Assembly: GCA_040954595.2 (NCBI GenBank)
Contig: JBECUI020000029.1
Span: 289,333 to 353,332, forward strand
DNA from: Balanoglossus misakiensis
Lineage: Eukaryota; Animalia; Hemichordata
DNA length: 64,000 bases
Direction of reading: 5' to 3'
Shown here: in pieces, positions 1 through 11,383 of the stretch
How positions within the stretch are numbered: position 1 is the stretch's first letter
How the letters are laid out: each line of letters starts with the position of its first letter
The notes under the pieces: model-generated
Seen by the model: only the letters and a program-made list of their open reading frames with translations
Database searches by the model: none
Told to the model about the DNA's origin: nothing
Translations under genes and position numbers: made by a program

Positions 1-180
1 ACATGCACTAAAGCGCCCTCACTGCTGGGTGTGTTGTATGGTCTTTAACCCTGTTTCAAATTAGAGTACTTTCTGCAATTTCAAGACAGATCTTACGTGC
101 CATTGGAGAGCTCCATTGACTGGTCATTCATACTGTTTTCATTCATTCATTGCGGCATCAATATATTTTATCTATTCTAG

Positions 181-331
181 CCAAAGAGCTTGGCACCTGT
201 TGAAATGAACTCATCTGCTGTGGGCCAGTTTATTGGTGGCAGTTGAGCTGAGGAGAGCACCTTCCTTCCCGGCACGCCACCAAGTAAAGTTCCACGCCGC
301 CCACCACAGATGCCAGCATTCATTCATGCGA
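181..331 (+). ncRNA. Putative non-coding structured exon present in every monomer (representative copy)
   Basis: Preceded by TTTTATCTATTCTAG (acceptor-like) and followed by GTGAGT at 332 (consensus donor). All three + frames contain stops. Nested inverted repeats at 212-225/299-312 and 229-240/276-288. Confidence 0.5.
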
Positions 332-364
332 GTGAGTGTAATTGCAAATTTGCCTATTCTAGAT

Positions 365-541
365 CTGTAATGGAAATGGAGAAAGTACCTTATATTTTCT
401 GTAAAATAGACATTTAATTGGCAAGCCGTCCTGCATCAATTATTAATTGTGTACATGCACTAAAGCGCCCTCACTGCTGGGTGTGTTGTATGGTCTTTAA
501 CCCTGTTTCAAATTAGAGTACTTTCTGCAATTTCAAGACAG
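365..541. mobile_element. 177-bp non-autonomous TIR element (MITE-like) in every 452-bp monomer (representative copy)
   Basis: Left end CTGTAATGGAAATGGAGAAAGTAC versus reverse complement of right end CTGTCTTGAAATTGCAGAAAGTAC (imperfect TIR). Flanked by AT on both sides within AGAT...ATCT. Absent from 274/275/265-bp monomers. Confidence 0.8.
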
Positions 542-3500
542 ATCTTACGTGCCATTGGAGAGCTCCATTGACTGGTCATTCATACTGTTTTCATTCATTC
601 ATTGCGGCATCAATATATTTTATCTATTCTAGCCAAAGAGCTTGGCACCTGTTGAAATGAACTCATCTGCTGTGGGCCAGTTTATTGGTGGCAGTTGAGC
701 TGAGGAGAGCACCTTCCTTCCCGGCACGCCACCAAGTAAAGTTCCACGCCGCCCACCACAGATGCCAGCATTCATTCATGCGAGTGAGTGTAATTGCAAA
801 TTTGCCTATTCTAGATTCTTACGTGCCATTGGAGAGCTCCATTGACTGGTCATTCATACTGTTTTCATTCATTCATTGCGGCATCAATATATTTTATCTA
901 TTCTAGCCAAAGAGCTTGGCACCTGTTGAAATGAACTCATCTGCTGTGGGCCAGTTTATTGGTGGCAGTTGAGCTGAGCAGAGCACCTTCCTTCCCGGCA
1001 CGCCACCAAGTAAAGTTCCACGCCGCCCACCACAGATGCCAGCATTCATTCATGCGAGTGAGTGTAATTGCAAATTTGCCTATTCTAGAATCTTACGTGC
1101 CATTGGAGAGCTCCATTGACTGGTCATTCATACTGTTTTCATTCATTCATTGCGGCATCAATATATTTTATCTATTCTAGCCAAAGAGCTTGGCACCTGT
1201 TGAAATGAACTCATCTGCTGTGGGCCAGTTTATTGGTGGCAGTTGAGCTGAGGAGAGCACCTTCCTTCCCGGCACGCCACCAAGTAAAGTTCCACGCCGC
1301 CCACCACAGATGCCAGCATTCATTCATGCGAGTGAGTGTAATTGCAAATTTGCCTATTCTAGATCTGTAATGGAAATGGAGAAAGTACCTTATATTTTCT
1401 GTAAAATAGACATTTAATTGGCAAGCCGTCCTGCATCAATTATTAATTGTGTACATGCACTAAAGCGCCCTCACTGCTGGGTGTGTTGTATGGTCTTTAA
1501 CCCTGTTTCAAATTAGAGTACTTTCTGCAATTTCAAGACAGATCTTACGTGCCATTGGAGAGCTCCATTGACTGGTCATTCATACTGTTTTCATTCATTC
1601 ATTGCGGCATCAATATATTTTATCTATTCTAGCCAAAGAGCTTGGCACCTGTTGAAATGAACTCATCTGCTGTGGGCCAGTTTATTGGTGGCAGTTGAGC
1701 TGAGGAGAGCACCTTCCTTCCCGGCACGCCACCAAGTAAAGTTCCACGCCGCCCACCACAGATGCCAGCATTCATTCATGCGAGTGAGTGTAATTGCAAA
1801 TTTGCCTATTCTAGATCTGTAATGGAAATGGAGAAAGTACCTTATATTTTCTGTAAAATAGACATTTAATTGGCAAGCCGTCCTGCATCAATTATTAATT
1901 GTGTACATGCACTAAAGCGCCCTCACTGCTGGGTGTGTTGTATGGTCTTTAACCCTGTTTCAAATTAGAGTACTTTCTGCAATTTCAAGACAGATCTTAC
2001 GTGCCATTGGAGAGCTCCATTGACTGGTCATTCATACTGTTTTCATTCATTCATTGCGGCATCAATATATTTTATCTATTCTAGCCAAAGAGCTTGGCAC
2101 CTGTTGAAATGAACTCATCTGCTGTGGGCCAGTTTATTGGTGGCAGTTGAGCTGAGGAGAGCACCTTCCTTCCCGGCACGCCACCAAGTAAAGTTCCACG
2201 CCGCCCACCACAGATGCCAGCATTCATTCATGCGAGTGAGTGTAATTGCAAATTTGCCTATTCTAGATCTGTAATGGAAATGGAGAAAGTACCTTATATT
2301 TTCTGTAAAATAGACATTTAATTGGCAAGCCGTCCTGCATCAATTATTAATTGTGTACATGCACTAAAGCGCCCTCACTGCTGGGTGTGTTGTATGGTCT
2401 TTAACCCTGTTTCAAATTAGAGTACTTTCTGCAATTTCAAGACAGATCTTACGTGCCATTGGAGAGCTCCATTGACTGGTCATTCATACTGTTTTCATTC
2501 ATTCATTGCGGCATCAATATATTTTATCTATTCTAGCCAAAGAGCTTGGCACCTGTTGAAATGAACTCATCTGCTGTGGGCCAGTTTATTGGTGGCAGTT
2601 GAGCTGAGGAGAGCACCTTCCTTCCCGGCACGCCACCAAGTAAAGTTCCACGCCGCCCACCACAGATGCCAGCATTCATTCATGCGAGTGAGTGTAATTG
2701 CAAATTTGCCTATTCTAGATCTGTAATGGAAATGGAGAAAGTACCTTATATTTTCTGTAAAATAGACATTTAATTGGCAAGCCGTCCTGCATCAATTATT
2801 AATTGTGTACATGCACTAAAGCGCCCTCACTGCTGGGTGTGTTGTATGGTCTTTAACCCTGTTTCAAATTAGAGTACTTTCTGCAATTTCAAGACAGATC
2901 TTACGTGCCATTGGAGAGCTCCATTGACTGGTCATTCATACTGTTTTCATTCATTCATTGCGGCATCAATATATTTTATCTATTCTAGCCAAAGAGCTTG
3001 GCACCTGTTGAAATGAACTCATCTGCTGTGGGCCAGTTTATTGGTGGCAGTTGAGCTGAGGAGAGCACCTTCCTTCCCGGCACGCCACCAAGTAAAGTTC
3101 CACGCCGCCCACCACAGATGCCAGCATTCATTCATGCGAGTGAGTGTAATTGCAAATTTGCCTATTCTAGATCTGTAATGGAAATGGAGAAAGTACCTTA
3201 TATTTTCTGTAAAATAGACATTTAATTGGCAAGCCGTCCTGCATCAATTATTAATTGTGTACATGCACTAAAGCGCCCTCACTGCTGGGTGTGTTGTATG
3301 GTCTTTAACCCTGTTTCAAATTAGAGTACTTTCTGCAATTTCAAGACAGATCTTACGTGCCATTGGAGAGCTCCATTGACTGGTCATTCATACTGTTTTC
3401 ATTCATTCATTGCGGCATCAATATATTTTATCTATTCTAGCCAAAGAGCTTGGCACCTGTTGAAATGAACTCATCTGCTGTGGGCCAGTTTATTGGTGGC

Positions 3501-6500
3501 AGTTGAGCTGAGGAGAGCACCTTCCTTCCCGGCACGCCACCAAGTAAAGTTCCACGCCGCCCACCACAGATGCCAGCATTCATTCATGCGAGTGAGTGTA
3601 ATTGCAAATTTGCCTATTCTAGATCTGTAATGGAAATGGAGAAAGTACCTTATATTTTCTGTAAAATAGACATTTAATTGGCAAGCCGTCCTGCATCAAT
3701 TATTAATTGTGTACATGCACTAAAGCGCCCTCACTGCTGGGTGTGTTGTATGGTCTTTAACCCTGTTTCAAATTAGAGTACTTTCTGCAATTTCAAGACA
3801 GATCTTACGTGCCATTGGAGAGCTCCATTGACTGGTCATTCATACTGTTTTCATTCATTCATTGCGGCATCAATATATTTTATCTATTCTAGCCAAAGAG
3901 CTTGGCACCTGTTGAAATGAACTCATCTGCTGTGGGCCAGTTTATTGGTGGCAGTTGAGCTGAGGAGAGCACCTTCCTTCCCGGCACGCCACCAAGTAAA
4001 GTTCCACGCCGCCCACCACAGATGCCAGCATTCATTCATGCGAGTGAGTGTAATTGCAAATTTGCCTATTCTAGATCTGTAATGGAAATGGAGAAAGTAC
4101 CTTATATTTTCTGTAAAATAGACATTTAATTGGCAAGCCGTCCTGCATCAATTATGAATTGTGTACATGCACTAAAGCGCCCTCACTGCTGGGTGTGTTG
4201 TATGGTCTTTAACCCTGTTTCAAATTAGAGTACTTTCTGCAATTTCAAGACAGATCTTACGTGCCATTGGAGAGCTCCATTGACTGGTCATTCATACTGT
4301 TTTCATTCATTCATTGCGGCATCAATATATTTTATCTATTCTAGCCAAAGAGCTTGGCACCTGTTGAAATGAACTCATCTGCTGTGGGCCAGTTTATTGG
4401 TGGCAGTTGAGCTGAGGAGAGCACCTTCCTTCCCGGCACGCCACCAAGTAAAGTTCCACGCCGCCCACCACAGATGCCAGCATTCATTCATGCGAGTGAG
4501 TGTAATTGCAAATTTGCCTATTCTAGATCTGTAATGGAAATGGAGAAAGTACCTTATATTTTCTGTAAAATAGACATTTAATTGGCAAGCCGTCCTGCAT
4601 CAATTATGAATTGTGTACATGCACTAAAGCGCCCTCACTGCTGGGTGTGTTGTATGGTCTTTAACCCTGTTTCAAATTAGAGTACTTTCTGCAATTTCAA
4701 GACAGATCTTACGTGCCATTGGAGAGCTCCATTGACTGGTCATTCATACTGTTTTCATTCATTCATTGCGGCATCAATATATTTTATCTATTCTAGCCAA
4801 AGAGCTTGGCACCTGTTGAAATGAACTCATCTGCTGTGGGCCAGTTTATTGGTGGCAGTTGAGCTGAGCAGAGCACCTTCCTTCCCGGCACGCCACCAAG
4901 TAAAGTTCCACGCCGCCCACCACAGATGCCAGCATTCATTCATGCGAGTGAGTGTAATTGCAAATTTGCCTATTCTAGATCTGTAATGGAAATGGAGAAA
5001 GTACCTTATATTTTCTGTAAAATAGACATTTAATTGGCAAGCCGTCCTGCATCAATTATGAATTGTGTACATGCACTAAAGCGCCCTCACTGCTGGGTGT
5101 GTTGTATGGTCTTTAACCCTGTTTCAAATTAGAGTACTTTCTGCAATTTCAAGACAGATCTTACGTGCCATTGGAGAGCTCCATTGACTGGTCATTCATA
5201 CTGTTTTCATTCATTCATTGCGGCATCAATATATTTTATCTATTCTAGCCAAAGAGCTTGGCACCTGTTGAAATGAACTCATCTGCTGTGGGCCAGTTTA
5301 TTGGTGGCAGTTGAGCTGAGGAGAGCACCTTCCTTCCCGGCACGCCACCAAGTAAAGTTCCACGCCGCCCACCACAGATGCCAGCATTCATTCATGCGAG
5401 TGAGTGTAATTGCAAATTTGCCTATTCTAGATCTGTAATGGAAATGGAGAAAGTACCTTATATTTTCTGTAAAATAGACATTTAATTGGCAAGCCGTCCT
5501 GCATCAATTATTAATTGTGTACATGCACTAAAGCGCCCTCACTGCTGGGTGTGTTGTATGGTCTTTAACCCTGTTTCAAATTAGAGTACTTTCTGCAATT
5601 TCAAGACAGATCTTACGTGCCATTGGAGAGCTCCATTGACTGGTCATTCATACTGTTTTCATTCATTCATTGCGGCATCAATATATTTTATCTATTCTAG
5701 CCAAAGAGCTTGGCACCTGTTGAAATGAACTCATCTGCTGTGGGCCAGTTTATTGGTGGCAGTTGAGCTGAGGAGAGCACCTTCTTTCCCGGCACGCCAC
5801 CAAGTAAAGTTCCACGCCGCCCACCACAGATGCCAGCATTCATTCATGCGAGTGAGTGTAATTGCAAATTTGCCTATTTACGTGCCATTGGAGAGCTCCA
5901 TTGACTGGTCATTCATACTGTTTTCATTCATTCATTGCGGCATCAATATATTTTATCTATTCTAGCCAAAGAGCTTGGCACCTGTTGAAATGAACTCATC
6001 TGCTGTGGGCCAGTTTATTGGTGGCAGTTGAGCTGAGGAGAGCACCTTCCTTCCCGGCACGCCACCAAGTAAAGTTCCACGCCGCCCACCACAGATGCCA
6101 GCATTCATTCATGCGAGTGAGTGTAATTGCAAATTTGCCTATTCTAGAATCTTACGTGCCATTGGAGAGCTCCATTGACTGGTCATTCATACTGTTTTCA
6201 TTCATTCATTGCGGCATCAATATATTTTATCTATTCTAGCCGAAGAGCTTGGCACCTGTTGAAATGAACTCATCTGCTGTGGGCCAGTTTATTGGTGGCA
6301 GTTGAGCTGAGGAGAGCACCTTCCTTCCCGGCACGCCACCAAGTAAAGTTCCACGCCGCCCACCACAGATGCCAGCATTCATTCATGCGAGTGAGTGTAA
6401 TTGCAAATTTGCCTATTCTAGATCTGTAATGGAAATGGAGAAAGTACCTTATATTTTCTGTAAAATAGACATTTAATTGGCAAGCCGTCCTGCATCAATT

Positions 6501-9500
6501 ATTAATTGTGTACATGCACTAAAGCGCCCTCACTGCTGGGTGTGTTGTATGGTCTTTAACCCTGTTTCAAATTAGAGTACTTTCTGCAATTTCAAGACAG
6601 ATCTTACGTGCCATTGGAGAGCTCCATTGACTGGTCATTCATACTGTTTTCATTCATTCATTGCGGCATCAATATATTTTATCTATTCTAGCCAAAGAGC
6701 TTGGCACCTGTTGAAATGAACTCATCTGCTGTGGGCCAGTTTATTGGTGGCAGTTGAGCTGAGGAGAGCACCTTCCTTCCCGGCACGCCACCAAGTAAAG
6801 TTCCACGCCGCCCACCACAGATGCCAGCATTCATTCATGCGAGTGAGTGTAATTGCAAATTTGCCTATTCTAGATTCTTACGTGCCATTGGAGAGCTCCA
6901 TTGACTGGTCATTCATACTGTTTTCATTCATTCATTGCGGCATCAATATATTTTATCTATTCTAGCCAAAGAGCTTGGCACCTGTTGAAATGAACTCATC
7001 TGCTGTGGGCCAGTTTATTGGTGGCAGTTGAGCTGAGGAGAGCACCTTCCTTCCCGGCACGCCACCAAGTAAAGTTCCACGCCGCCCACCACAGATGCCA
7101 GCATTCATTCATGCGAGTGAGTGTAATTGCAAATTTGCCTATTCTAGAATCTTACGTGCCATTGGAGAGCTCCATTGACTGGTCATTCATACTGTTTTCA
7201 TTCATTCATTGCGGCATCAATATATTTTATCTATTCTAGCCAAAGAGCTTGGCACCTGTTGAAATGAACTCATCTGCTGTGGGCCAGTTTATTGGTGGCA
7301 GTTGAGCTGAGGAGAGCACCTTCCTTCCCGGCACGCCACCAAGTAAAGTTCCACGCCGCCCACCACAGATGCCAGCATTCATTCATGCGAGTGAGTGTAA
7401 TTGCAAATTTGCCTATTCTAGATCTGTAATGGAAATGGAGAAAGTACCTTATATTTTCTGTAAAATAGACATTTAATTGGCAAGCCGTCCTGCATCAATT
7501 ATTAATTGTGTACATGCACTAAAGCGCCCTCACTGCTGGGTGTGTTGTATGGTCTTTAACCCTGTTTCAAATTAGAGTACTTTCTGCAATTTCAAGACAG
7601 ATCTTACGTGCCATTGGAGAGCTCCATTGACTGGTCATTCATACTGTTTTCATTCATTCATTGCGGCATCAATATATTTTATCTATTCTAGCCAAAGAGC
7701 TTGGCACCTGTTGAAATGAACTCATCTGCTGTGGGCCAGTTTATTGGTGGCAGTTGAGCTGAGGAGAGCACCTTCCTTCCCGGCACGCCACCAAGTAAAG
7801 TTCCACGCCGCCCACCACAGATGCCAGCATTCATTCATGCGAGTGAGTGTAATTGCAAATTTGCCTATTCTAGATCTGTAATGGAAATGGAGAAAGTACC
7901 TTATATTTTCTGTAAAATAGACATTTAATTGGCAAGCCGTCCTGCATCAATTATTAATTGTGTACATGCACTAAAGCGCCCTCACTGCTGGGTGTGTTGT
8001 ATGGTCTTTAACCCTGTTTCAAATTAGAGTACTTTCTGCAATTTCAAGACAGATCTTACGTGCCATTGGAGAGCTCCATTGACTGGTCATTCATACTGTT
8101 TTCATTCATTCATTGCGGCATCAATATATTTTATCTATTCTAGCCAAAGAGCTTGGCACCTGTTGAAATGAACTCATCTGCTGTGGGCCAGTTTATTGGT
8201 GGCAGTTGAGCTGAGGAGAGCACCTTCCTTCCCGGCACGCCACCAAGTAAAGTTCCACGCCGCCCACCACAGATGCCAGCATTCATTCATGCGAGTGAGT
8301 GTAATTGCAAATTTGCCTATTCTAGATCTGTAATGGAAATGGAGAAAGTACCTTATATTTTCTGTAAAATAGACATTTAATTGGCAAGCCGTCCTGCATC
8401 AATTATTAATTGTGTACATGCACTAAAGCGCCCTCACTGCTGGGTGTGTTGTATGGTCTTTAACCCTGTTTCAAATTAGAGTACTTTCTGCAATTTCAAG
8501 ACAGATCTTACGTGCCATTGGAGAGCTCCATTGACTGGTCATTCATACTGTTTTCATTCATTCATTGCGGCATCAATATATTTTATCTATTCTAGCCAAA
8601 GAGCTTGGCACCTGTTGAAATGAACTCATCTGCTGTGGGCCAGTTTATTGGTGGCAGTTGAGCTGAGGAGAGCACCTTCCTTCCCGGCACGCCACCAAGT
8701 AAAGTTCCACGCCGCCCACCACAGATGCCAGCATTCATTCATGCGAGTGAGTGTAATTGCAAATTTGCCTATTCTAGATCTGTAATGGAAATGGAGAAAG
8801 TACCTTATATTTTCTGTAAAATAGACATTTAATTGGCAAGCCGTCCTGCATCAATTATGAATTGTGTACATGCACTAAAGCGCCCTCACTGCTGGGTGTG
8901 TTGTATGGTCTTTAACCCTGTTTCAAATTAGAGTACTTTCTGCAATTTCAAGACAGATCTTACGTGCCATTGGAGAGCTCCATTGACTGGTCATTCATAC
9001 TGTTTTCATTCATTCATTGCGGCATCAATATATTTTATCTATTCTAGCCAAAGAGCTTGGCACCTGTTGAAATGAACTCATCTGCTGTGGGCCAGTTTAT
9101 TGGTGGCAGTTGAGCTGAGAAGAGCACCTTCCTTCCCGGCACGCCACCAAGTAAAGTTCCACGCCGCCCACCACAGATGCCAGCATTCATTCATGCGAGT
9201 GAGTGTAATTGCAAATTTGCCTATTCTAGATCTGTAATGGAAATGGAGAAAGTACCTTATATTTTCTGTAAAATAGACATTTAATTGGCAAGCCGTCCTG
9301 CATCAATTATGAATTGTGTACATGCACTAAAGCGCCCTCACTGCTGGGTGTGTTGTATGGTCTTTAACCCTGTTTCAAATTAGAGTACTTTCTGCAATTT
9401 CAAGACAGATCTTACGTGCCATTGGAGAGCTCCATTGACTGGTCATTCATACTGTTTTCATTCATTCATTGCGGCATCAATATATTTTATCTATTCTAGC

Positions 9501-10845
9501 CAAAGAGCTTGGCACCTGTTGAAATGAACTCATCTGCTGTGGGCCAGTTTATTGGTGGCAGTTGAGCTGAGCAGAGCACCTTCCTTCCCGGCACGCCACC
9601 AAGTAAAGTTCCACGCCGCCCACCACAGATGCCAGCATTCATTCATGCGAGTGAGTGTAATTGCAAATTTGCCTATTCTAGATCTGTAATGGAAATGGAG
9701 AAAGTACCTTATATTTTCTGTAAAATAGACATTTAATTGGCAAGCCGTCCTGCATCAATTATGAATTGTGTACATGCACTAAAGCGCCCTCACTGCTGGG
9801 TGTGTTGTATGGTCTTTAACCCTGTTTCAAATTAGAGTACTTTCTGCAATTTCAAGACAGATCTTACGTGCCATTGGAGAGCTCCATTGACTGGTCATTC
9901 ATACTGTTTTCATTCATTCATTGCGGCATCAATATATTTTATCTATTCTAGCCAAAGAGCTTGGCACCTGTTGAAATGAACTCATCTGCTGTGGGCCAGT
10001 TTATTGGTGGCAGTTGAGCTGAGAAGAGCACCTTCCTTCCCGGCACGCCACCAAGTAAAGTTCCACGCCGCCCACCACAGATGCCAGCATTCATTCATGC
10101 GAGTGAGTGTAATTGCAAATTTGCCTATTCTAGATCTGTAATGGAAATGGAGAAAGTACCTTATATTTTCTGTAAAATAGACATTTAATTGGCAAGCCGT
10201 CCTGCATCAATTATGAATTGTGTACATGCACTAAAGCGCCCTCACTGCTGGGTGTGTTGTATGGTCTTTAACCCTGTTTCAAATTAGAGTACTTTCTGCA
10301 ATTTCAAGACAGATCTTACGTGCCATTGGAGAGCTCCATTGACTGGTCATTCATACTGTTTTCATTCATTCATTGCGGCATCAATATATTTTATCTATTC
10401 TAGCCAAAGAGCTTGGCACCTGTTGAAATGAACTCATCTGCTGTGGGCCAGTTTATTGGTGGCAGTTGAGCTGAGGAGAGCACCTTCCTTCCCGGCACGC
10501 CACCAAGTAAAGTTCCACGCCGCCCACCACAGATGCCAGCATTCATTCATGCGAGTGAGTGTAATTGCAAATTTGCCTATTCTAGATCTGTAATGGAAAT
10601 GGAGAAAGTACCTTATATTTTCTGTAAAATAGACATTTAATTGGCAAGCCGTCCTGCATCAATTATTAATTGTGTACATGCACTAAAGCGCCCTCACTGC
10701 TGGGTGTGTTGTATGGTCTTTAACCCTGTTTCAAATTAGAGTACTTTCTGCAATTTCAAGACAGATCTTACGTGCCATTGGAGAGCTCCATTGACTGGTC
10801 ATTCATACTGTTTTCATTCATTCATTGCGGCATCAATATATTTTA

Positions 10846-11269
10846 CAGCCGAAATTATGAAAGGTCGCCGATTCAATATGTGATCTAGACGTCCTGTGTG
10901 CACTGAACACACGATGTGTTTATCTAACACAAACAACAGAACCTCTCATAAAAGAGATGCGGTATCATTAGACTAATTACAGATGGTAGTCTGGAAACAC
11001 GCTCCCCCTCAGAGAGAGTTGTTTACTTGGGTACGATGTCAAAGTTTAATCTCAAAGTGTATACGCTTTATGTTGAGAGTGTACCCAAGTAAACAACTCT
11101 CTCTGAGGGGGAGCGTGTTTCCAGACTACCATCTGTAATTAGTCTAATGATACCGCATCTCTTTTATGAGAGGTTCTGTTGTTTGTGTTAGATAAACACA
11201 TCGTGTGTTCAGTGCACACAGGACGTCTAGATCACATATTGAATCGGCGACCTTTCATAATTTCGGCTG
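10846..11269. mobile_element. 424-bp MITE with 189-bp terminal inverted repeats and TA target-site duplication (Tc1/mariner-type)
   Basis: CAGCCGAAATTATGAAAGG...CCTTTCATAATTTCGGCTG. Arms 10846-11034 and 11081-11269 with a 46-bp spacer. TA at 10844-45 and 11270-71; the empty site TTTTATCT is seen in the other monomers. Confidence 0.95.
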
Positions 11270-11383
11270 TATCTATTCTAGCCAAAGAGCTTGGCACCTG
11301 TTGAAATGAACTCATCTGCTGTGGGCCAGTTTATTGGTGGCAGTTGAGCTGAGGAGAGCACCTTCCTTCCCGGCACGCCACCA

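Noticed and set aside
685-906. Dozens of 70-73 aa ORFs (MVAVELRRAPSF...) as a gene family
   Set aside because: They start at TTG, exist only where loss of the 177-bp element opens a frame, run through putative intron sequence and have no recognisable motif.
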